From NCBI GenBank assembly GCA_050943915.1, contig JBMNQB010000001.1, forward strand, positions 213,712-277,711: a stretch of DNA of 64,000 bases, given 5' to 3'. Under the pieces are notes generated by a model. That model had not been told where the DNA came from and did not search any database. It was given only the letters and a program-made list of their open reading frames with translations. Positions 56,999-64,000 of the stretch are shown in pieces. Position 1 is the first letter of the stretch. Each line of letters begins with the position of its first letter. A program made the position numbers and the translations under genes. This DNA is from Lawsonibacter sp. GTDB taxonomy: Bacteria > Bacillota > Clostridia > Oscillospirales > Oscillospiraceae.

Positions 56999-57154
56999 GG
57001 TCCTTCCCCCTCTCCTGACCGTATGCTCCGCCCCCGGGCGCAGCCCGGGCCGGAACCACCGGTATCATATCATACTTTCCCTCCCGGCGCAATCCGAGCG
57101 GCCGGACACACAGCCGCAGAGCGGCCCTTGAACGAACAGAGGAGCTGATCGAAC

Positions 57155-58057
57155 ATGAATCCTGTCCTGATGCGCAGGCTGGCCAAGCCGCTTTTGTTTT
57201 TGGCCGCCTTCATTTGGGGAACCTCCTTCTTTATTATGAAGAACACCCTGGACGCAGTCCCGGTACTGTGGCTGCTCACCTTCCGCTTCACCACCGGCGC
57301 TGTTCTGGTGGGACTGCTCTGCGGCAGAAAGTGGCGCACCCGCTTCACCCCGGACTATGTGTGGAGGGGGGCGGTGCTGGGCTCCCTGCTCTTTGCCGCC
57401 TATGCGGTGCAGACCTTTGGACTGGTGGGGACTACCCCATCCAAAAACGCCTTTCTCACCGCCACCTACTGTGTGCTGGTCCCCTTCCTCCACTGGGCGG
57501 TCTCCCATCAGCGGCCCGACCGCTTCCATCTGCTGGCCGCCTTCCTGTGCATCACCGGTGTGGGCCTTGTCTCTCTCAGCGGCTCCCTCACCATCACCTG
57601 GGGCGATCTGCTCAGCCTGGGCAGCGCCTTGTTCTACGCCCTGCACATCGTGGCGGTCAACAAACTCTCCGACCAGCGTGACATCTATCTGCTGACCTCT
57701 CTCCAGTTCGCCTTTACCGCTCTGCTGGCGGTCATCGGCGGTCTGCTTCTCCAGCCCTTCCCCGCCCAGGCCTTCTCCCAGCCCGGCGTGTTCTGGCCCC
57801 TGGCCTATCTGTGCGTGGTGTCCACCACCGTTGCCCTGCTCTGTCAGAACGTAGGCCAGGTGTGGTCCGACCCCTCCTCCGCCTCCGTGATCCTGTCCCT
57901 GGAGTCGGTGTTCGGCGTTCTGTTCTCCGTGCTGTTTTATGGGGACCCCGTCACACTCCGGCTGATGGCGGGCTTTGGGCTGATCTTCATCGCGGTGCTG
58001 TGCTCTGAGACCAAATTCGCCTTTCTCCGCCGGAAGGCCCCCTCTCCCCGGCATTGA
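57155..58057 (+). CDS. DMT/EamA-family transporter
   Basis: AAFIWGTSF, SKNAFLT, two EamA halves. Confidence 0.9.
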   Translation: MNPVLMRRLAKPLLFLAAFIWGTSFFIMKNTLDAVPVLWLLTFRFTTGAVLVGLLCGRKWRTRFTPDYVWRGAVLGSLLFAAYAVQTFGLVGTTPSKNAFLTATYCVLVPFLHWAVSHQRPDRFHLLAAFLCITGVGLVSLSGSLTITWGDLLSLGSALFYALHIVAVNKLSDQRDIYLLTSLQFAFTALLAVIGGLLLQPFPAQAFSQPGVFWPLAYLCVVSTTVALLCQNVGQVWSDPSSASVILSLESVFGVLFSVLFYGDPVTLRLMAGFGLIFIAVLCSETKFAFLRRKAPSPRH

Positions 58058-58139
58058 GCCCGCTTTCCGGTTGAAAGTCCCTCTCCGGTATGCTACAATG
58101 GGACTATCATCACAAGAATCAGAAAAGGAGCGTGACAGA

Positions 58140-58511
58140 ATGGCCCTCCATGAATCCGGTGAGGACTATCTGGAGGCGATCCTGGTCCTCCGGCAGGAGC
58201 ACGGGATCGTCCGTTCCATCGATGTGGCACAGCATTTGGGCTTCTCCAAGCCGTCGGTCAGCCGCGCGGTCTCCATCCTGAAGGCCAGCGGCTACCTCAC
58301 CATGGAGAAGGACGGGCGGCTGGAGCTGACCCCGGAGGGAGAGCAAAATGCCCAGCGGGTCTATGAGCGCCACCAGCTGCTCACCGACTGGCTGATCCGG
58401 CTGGGCGTCTCCCCTGAGGTCGCCGCCGCGGACGCCTGCCGCATGGAGCACGATATGAGCGCTGAGACCTTCGCCTGCCTCAAGCGCCACGTCAGCCAAC
58501 AGGACACATAA
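58140..58511 (+). CDS. DtxR/MntR-family metal-dependent repressor (short form)
   Basis: ESGEDYLEAI, SKPSVSRA, YERHQLL, DACRMEH. Confidence 0.9.
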   Translation: MALHESGEDYLEAILVLRQEHGIVRSIDVAQHLGFSKPSVSRAVSILKASGYLTMEKDGRLELTPEGEQNAQRVYERHQLLTDWLIRLGVSPEVAAADACRMEHDMSAETFACLKRHVSQQDT

Positions 58512-58630
58512 GCCACGGCGCGGCCGCCCGTCCCGGCGGCCTATCCCACTGTGGGCGGAGCCGATGCAGCGGCTCCGCCTTTCTTCTGCTCTGCCCCCAT
58601 TTCCGCTCGGTCCAAGAAAGGAGACCCATC

Positions 58631-59464
58631 ATGCCCATCGACTCCATTTTATCCCAGATCACCGGCGACCTGAACTGGAACTCCCTATCCTGGGATATCC
58701 TGCTCCGGGCCCTTCTCATCCTGCTGGGCGGGATCATCTTCAACAAGCTGCTGCTGCGGACGGCGGACCGCCTGCTGCTGCGCAGCACCTCTCTGGCCCC
58801 CATCCAGCGCTACCTCCGCTCCGCCCTGTCCGCCCTGCTCTGGCTGGTGCTCATCCTGGTGATCCTGGGGTCTGTGGGCGTGGAAATGACCTCCATCATC
58901 GCCCTGCTCAGTGTGGCCGGCCTGGCCGTCTCCCTGGCCCTTCAAAACACCCTGTCCAATCTGGCGGGCGGGATTACTCTGCTGGCCTCCAAGCCCTTCA
59001 CTGTGGGGGACTATGTGGAGATCGGCTCCGTATCCGGTACAGTATCCCTTGTGGGACTGGCCTATACCACGCTGGTCACCGTGGAAAACAAGGAGATCTA
59101 CATTCCCAACAGTCAGCTCTCCTCCGCCACCATCATCAACTACACCCGGCTGGGCCGCCGGCGGATGGAGATCACGGTCTCCGCCTCCTATGACGCCCCC
59201 ACAGAGGCCGTGAAGGCCGCTCTGCACGAGGCCGTCTCCCAGTTCCCCCAGATCCTCCCCGACCCCGCGCCGGAGATCCATCTCTCCGGCTATGGCGCCA
59301 GCGGCATCGACTACATCCTGCGGGCCTGGACCTCCTCCAGGGACTACTGGGACGTGTACTACCGCCTGCTGGAGGCCATCCGTCCGGCCTTTGCCCGCCA
59401 CGGGGTCGAGATGCCGTACAGTCAGCTGGACGTCCACCTGATCCCCCGCTCCCCCCAGAACTGA
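58631..59464 (+). CDS. Small-conductance mechanosensitive channel (MscS family)
   Basis: LAVSLALQNTLSNLAGG, KPFTVGD, IPNS. Confidence 0.92.
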   Translation: MPIDSILSQITGDLNWNSLSWDILLRALLILLGGIIFNKLLLRTADRLLLRSTSLAPIQRYLRSALSALLWLVLILVILGSVGVEMTSIIALLSVAGLAVSLALQNTLSNLAGGITLLASKPFTVGDYVEIGSVSGTVSLVGLAYTTLVTVENKEIYIPNSQLSSATIINYTRLGRRRMEITVSASYDAPTEAVKAALHEAVSQFPQILPDPAPEIHLSGYGASGIDYILRAWTSSRDYWDVYYRLLEAIRPAFARHGVEMPYSQLDVHLIPRSPQN

Positions 59465-59527
59465 GCCGGGGCCCGGTCAAATTTCTGCTTGACAAACCCG
59501 GCCTTCTCCGCTACAATATCAACCAAT

Positions 59528-59793
59528 AAAAGCGACGACGGGAAAAAAGACAGGCTGAGTCCCTCTCAGAGAGCCGGTGGTTGGTGCGAACCGGTGTGCG
59601 GCCTCCCTGTGGATAACTGGTCCCCGAGCTGCCTGGCCGAAGGTATAAAGTAGGTCAGGACGTCTGGCCCCGTTACCGGCCGCGGCCTTGTTGGAGGCTA
59701 TGAGGGCTGTCCGGGTGACCGGCGGCCGAACCAGGGTGGTACCGCGTGAACGCTTCACGCCCCTGACTTGAGAAAGTCAGGGGCGTTTTTTCA
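59528..59793 (+). ncRNA. T-box riboswitch (Leu) controlling leuA
   Basis: CAGGGTGGTACCGCG (59732-59746), specifier GATAA-CTG (59617-59619), terminator CGCCCCTGACTT/AAGTCAGGGGCG plus T run. Confidence 0.92.
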
Positions 59794-59860
59794 TTCCCCT
59801 GATTCGATCCGGCCCGCCGCCGATCCCGGCGGAGCAAGTCATTTTAGGAGGACGACGACC

Positions 59861-61546
59861 ATGAATCCAGGCTACAAAAAATACATTCCCTTCCAGCCCC
59901 AGAAGATCGTGGGCCGCACCTGGCCCGACAAGGTCATTTCCAAGGCCCCCGTGTGGTGCTCTGTGGATCTGCGGGACGGCAACCAGGCCCTGGTGGACCC
60001 CATGAACCTCCAGGAGAAGCTGGAATACTTCCACACCCTGGTGGACGTGGGCATCAAGGAGATCGAGATCGGCTTCCCCTCTGCCAGCGAGACGGAGTAT
60101 GAGATCTGCCGGGAGCTCATTGAGGGGGGACACATCCCCGACGACGTGACCATCCAGGTGCTGGTCCAGGCCCGGGAGCATCTCATCAAAAAGACCTTCG
60201 AGGCCATCCGGGGCGCCAAGAACGTCATCCTCCACTTCTACAACTCCACCTCCACCCTTCAGCGGAAGGTGGTGTTCCACATGGACACCGACGGCATCAC
60301 CAAGATCGCCACCGACGCCGCCGACCTGATCTATGAGATGTCCCAGCCTCTCATCCAGGAGGGGATGAACCTGCGTTTTGAGTACTCCCCCGAGTCCTTC
60401 ATGGGCACCGAGATGGACTATGCGGTGGAGATCTGCCAGGCGGTGCTGGAGCACCTCCACGCCGACCCGGAGCACAAGGTCATTCTGAACCTGCCCACCA
60501 CAGTGGAAAACTGTATGCCCAACCAGTTCGCCGATATGCTGGAGTATTTCTGCAAAAAGATCCCCGGCCGGGACAGCGCGATCATCTCCCTGCACCCCCA
60601 CAATGACCGGGGCTGCGGCGTGGCCACCGCCGAGATGGGCCTGCTGGCCGGCGCAGACCGGGTGGAGGCCACCCTGTTCGGCAACGGCGAGCGCACTGGA
60701 AACGTGGACATCGTCACCCTGGCCATGAATATGTACACCCAGGGCGTGGACCCCCGGCTGGACTTCTCCAACATCAACAAGATCCGCGAGATGTTCGAGC
60801 GGTGCACCAAGATGCCCGTGGGCGACCGGCAGCCCTACGCCGGAAAGCTGGTATTCACCGCCTTCTCCGGCAGCCATCAGGACGCCATCAACAAGGGCAC
60901 CCAGTACATGAAGGAGTCCAACTCCGATTTCTGGGAGATCCCCTATCTGCCCATCGACCCCGCCGATGTGGGCCGGGAGTACGAGCCCATCATCCGTATC
61001 AACTCCCAGTCTGGCAAGGGCGGCGCGGCCTATATCATGGACCACAACTTTGGCTTCGACCTGCCCAAGGAGATGCACCCGGAATTCGGCGCCATCGTCC
61101 AGCAGGAGACCGACGCCGTGGGCACCGAGATCACCCCGGAGCGGATCAATGAGCTCTTCCACCAGGAGTATGTGGACGTGAAGGAGCCCTATAAGCTGCT
61201 CAAGCACGCCTTCCAGGAGAGCGTGGACGCCGACGGACACTCCCACGTCACCTTCTGGGGCACCCTTCAGCACACCGACACCATTTTCAAAGTCTCCGGC
61301 GACGGAAACGGCCCCATCGACGCCTTCTTCAATGCCATCAAGGGGGAAAAAATGGCCCGGTTCTCCTTCCTGGACTACTCCTCCCACGCCATCACCGATG
61401 GCTCCGACTCCCAGGGCGTGGCCTATATCCTCCTCCGGGACCAGCGGGACGGCAAGGAATACTGGGGCGTCGGCCTGTCCCACAACATCAATCTGGCCCC
61501 CCTGCGCGCCATCCTCTCCGCCATCAACCGCGCCAAGCGCAAGTAA
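59861..61546 (+). CDS. leuA: 2-isopropylmalate synthase
   Basis: DLRDGNQAL, KEIEIGFP, HPHNDRG, GNGERTGN, INSQSGKGG. Confidence 0.95.
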   Translation: MNPGYKKYIPFQPQKIVGRTWPDKVISKAPVWCSVDLRDGNQALVDPMNLQEKLEYFHTLVDVGIKEIEIGFPSASETEYEICRELIEGGHIPDDVTIQVLVQAREHLIKKTFEAIRGAKNVILHFYNSTSTLQRKVVFHMDTDGITKIATDAADLIYEMSQPLIQEGMNLRFEYSPESFMGTEMDYAVEICQAVLEHLHADPEHKVILNLPTTVENCMPNQFADMLEYFCKKIPGRDSAIISLHPHNDRGCGVATAEMGLLAGADRVEATLFGNGERTGNVDIVTLAMNMYTQGVDPRLDFSNINKIREMFERCTKMPVGDRQPYAGKLVFTAFSGSHQDAINKGTQYMKESNSDFWEIPYLPIDPADVGREYEPIIRINSQSGKGGAAYIMDHNFGFDLPKEMHPEFGAIVQQETDAVGTEITPERINELFHQEYVDVKEPYKLLKHAFQESVDADGHSHVTFWGTLQHTDTIFKVSGDGNGPIDAFFNAIKGEKMARFSFLDYSSHAITDGSDSQGVAYILLRDQRDGKEYWGVGLSHNINLAPLRAILSAINRAKRK

Positions 61547-61807
61547 CGGACGCTCCCCCTGTGCCGCGCCGGATCCTCTAGGACCCCGGCGCGGCACTTT
61601 TGCGCTTTCACCCCCATTAGCCCCCCGTTCCAGCCTCTTCCTCCCGCTCTTTTTCTCTCCTTTCTGTCCCTGATCCGTGTTTACCTCCGGCATAGCTGAT
61701 TTTTTTCGCTTTGTTTCGGAAACAGCCCGGAACCGGATTGACTTTTTTCAGCTTTACGCTATACTTAATTCATCACTGAACAATGTCTGCCAAGGAGGTA
61801 TCACCCC

Positions 61808-64000
61808 ATGCCAAAAGCCGCCGAACCCGTCAAGCCCTCCCCTAAGGCGCCGGCTCGAATGTCCAAAAAGGACCCTCTGACCCGGGAACAGGTCAAGACC
61901 ATTGACGCCTATTGGCGTGCCGCCAACTATCTGTCCGCCTGCCAGCTCTATCTGCTGGACAATCCCCTGCTGCGGGAGCCGCTGAAGGAGGAACATCTGA
62001 AGCGCACCATCGTGGGGCATTGGGGCACCTGCCCGGGCCAAAACTTCATCTATACCCATCTCAACCGGGCCATCGTCAAATATGACCTGGATATGATCTA
62101 TCTCTCCGGCCCCGGACACGGTGGAAACGCCGTGGTGGCCCAGGACTACCTGGACGGCTCGTACAGCGAGGTCTACCCCAATATCAGTCAGGATGCCGCC
62201 GGCATGAAGCGTCTGTTCCGGCAGTTCTCCTTCCCCGGCGGGATCCCCAGCCAGACCGCCCCCAACACCCCCGGGTCCATCAACGAGGGGGGAGAGCTTG
62301 GCTATTCCCTGGCCCACGCCTTCGGGGCGGTCATGGACAGCCCCGGCCTCATCGCCGCCTGCGTGGTGGGAGACGGCGAGGCGGAGACCGCCCCTCTGGC
62401 CGCCGCCTGGCACTCCAACAAGTTCCTCAACCCCATCACGGACGGCGCGGTGCTGCCCATCCTCCACCTCAACGGCTTCAAGCTCTCCAACCCCACCCTG
62501 TTTTCCCGCATCTCCCACGAGGAGACCGAGATGTTCTTCAAAGGCTGCGGTTGGGAGCCCCGCTTTGTAGAGGGGGACGAGCCCCAGCAGATGCATCAGA
62601 AGATGGCCGCCGCCCTGGACTGGGCGGTGCGGGAGATCCAGCGGATCCAGGAGTACGCCCGCACCTCCGGCGACGCCGCCCGGCCCCGCTGGCCCATGAT
62701 CGTGTTCCGCTCCCCCAAAGGCTGGACCGGCCCCAAGGAGGTGGACGGGAAGCCGGTGGAGGGCAGCTGGCGCTCTCACCAGATCCCCATTCCCGTCCAC
62801 GACGGCAAGCCCGGCCGCATCCAGGAGCTGGAGCGCTGGCTGCGCAGCTACCGTCCGGAGGAGCTGTTTGACGAAAACGGGACCCTGATCCCCGCTCTGC
62901 GTGAGTTGGCTCCCAAGGGGGAACGGCGCATGGGGGCCAATCCCCACGCCAACGGCGGGCTGCTGCTCCGGGATCTGCGCACCCCTGACTTCCGGGAGTA
63001 CCAGGTGGAGGTGCCTCAGCCCGGCGCGGTGGAGGCCCAGGACACCGGCGTGCTGGGGAACTATGTGCGGGACCTGATCACCCTCAACCAGGAATCCCGG
63101 AATTTCCGGGTCTTTGGCCCGGACGAGACTGCCTCCAACGCCCTCTCCGCCGTGTTTGAGGCCAGCGGCCGGCGCTGGATGGACCCCATTGATCCCGTCC
63201 GGGACGCGGATCTGGAGCCAGACGGCCGGGTGATGGACGCTATGCTGTCTGAGCACCTGTGCCAGGGCTGGCTGGAGGGCTACCTCCTCACCGGGCGGCA
63301 CGGCCTATTCAACAGCTATGAGGCCTTTATCCGCATCGTGGACTCTATGGTCTCCCAGCACGCCAAGTGGCTGAAGGTCTGCCGGCAGCTGCCCTGGCGG
63401 CAGAAGATCGCCTCCCTCAACTACATCCTCTCCTCCAACGTCTGGCAGCAGGACCACAACGGCTTCACCCATCAGGACCCCGGCTTCCTGGACCATGTGG
63501 CCAACAAAAAGGCGGATGTGGTGCGGCTCTACCTGCCCCCGGACGCCAACTGCCTGCTCAGCTGCTTTGACCACTGCGTCAAGAGCCGGGACTATATCAA
63601 TGTGCTGGTGACCTCCAAGCACGCCCGCCCCCAGTGGCTCACCATGGACCAGGCAGTAAAGCACTGCACCCAGGGCATCGGCATCTGGCAGTGGGCCTCC
63701 AACGACCGGGGCGTGGAGCCCGATGTGGTCATGGCCTGCTGCGGCGACACCCCCACCCTGGAGACCCTGGCCGCCGTCACCATCCTCCACCACCACCTGC
63801 CGGAGCTGAAGATCCGTGTGGTCAACGTGGTGGACCTGATGAAGCTCCAGCCCCACGGGGAGCATCCCCACGGCCTGACCGACGAGGACTACGACTCCCT
63901 GTTCACCAAGGACAAGCCCATTATCTTCGCCTTCCACGGCTACCCCACCCTGGTCCATGAGTTGACCTACCGCCGGCACAACAAAAATCTCCACGTCCGG
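61808..64000 (+). CDS. xfp: Phosphoketolase (truncated by window end)
   Basis: ATG 61808 after AAGGAGG; [50 protein letters not shown]. Confidence 0.95.
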   Translation, partial: MPKAAEPVKPSPKAPARMSKKDPLTREQVKTIDAYWRAANYLSACQLYLLDNPLLREPLKEEHLKRTIVGHWGTCPGQNFIYTHLNRAIVKYDLDMIYLSGPGHGGNAVVAQDYLDGSYSEVYPNISQDAAGMKRLFRQFSFPGGIPSQTAPNTPGSINEGGELGYSLAHAFGAVMDSPGLIAACVVGDGEAETAPLAAAWHSNKFLNPITDGAVLPILHLNGFKLSNPTLFSRISHEETEMFFKGCGWEPRFVEGDEPQQMHQKMAAALDWAVREIQRIQEYARTSGDAARPRWPMIVFRSPKGWTGPKEVDGKPVEGSWRSHQIPIPVHDGKPGRIQELERWLRSYRPEELFDENGTLIPALRELAPKGERRMGANPHANGGLLLRDLRTPDFREYQVEVPQPGAVEAQDTGVLGNYVRDLITLNQESRNFRVFGPDETASNALSAVFEASGRRWMDPIDPVRDADLEPDGRVMDAMLSEHLCQGWLEGYLLTGRHGLFNSYEAFIRIVDSMVSQHAKWLKVCRQLPWRQKIASLNYILSSNVWQQDHNGFTHQDPGFLDHVANKKADVVRLYLPPDANCLLSCFDHCVKSRDYINVLVTSKHARPQWLTMDQAVKHCTQGIGIWQWASNDRGVEPDVVMACCGDTPTLETLAAVTILHHHLPELKIRVVNVVDLMKLQPHGEHPHGLTDEDYDSLFTKDKPIIFAFHGYPTLVHELTYRRHNKNLHVR

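Overview
Chromosomal window from a high-GC, anaerobic, probably spore-forming Clostridia bacterium. It is most consistent with Oscillospiraceae (Flavonifractor/Pseudoflavonifractor-like); this is inferred from gene content and style only. Most of it is core or metabolic DNA: a trimeric electron-bifurcating [FeFe]-hydrogenase (hydCBA), brnQ, a chromate-transporter pair with LysR, an IclR/ureohydrolase/Nramp-like (YcsG-type) locus, glutaminase, and a 2-hydroxyglutarate glutamate-fermentation cluster (gctAB-gcdA-hgdCAB-gcdC-gcdD/C-gcdB) with a divergent AraC regulator. It also has azlCD, a Cys T-box with cysE-cysS, sulP, MATE, the dprA-topA-trmFO-plsX-acpP-rnc cluster, lysS-greA, ftsEX with an M23 peptidase, a Leu T-box with leuA, and phosphoketolase. 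I recognised no tRNA, rRNA, CRISPR array, integrase or transposase. The most unusual signals are: (1) a roughly 155-175 bp structured element with four conserved hairpins, found twice, each time between a housekeeping gene's 3' end and a near-perfect 54-73 bp copy of that end (rnc and trmFO; repeat units 229 and 228 bp); (2) two XRE / small helical protein divergent cassettes with different palindromic operators interrupting that operon, plus two tandem XRE genes sharing an identical 56 bp 3' end; (3) a shared 15 bp palindromic operator defining a small IclR regulon with a ureohydrolase carrying an Asp-to-Cys metal-ligand change; (4) an unannotated 32-aa membrane peptide inside the ftsEX-M23 operon.
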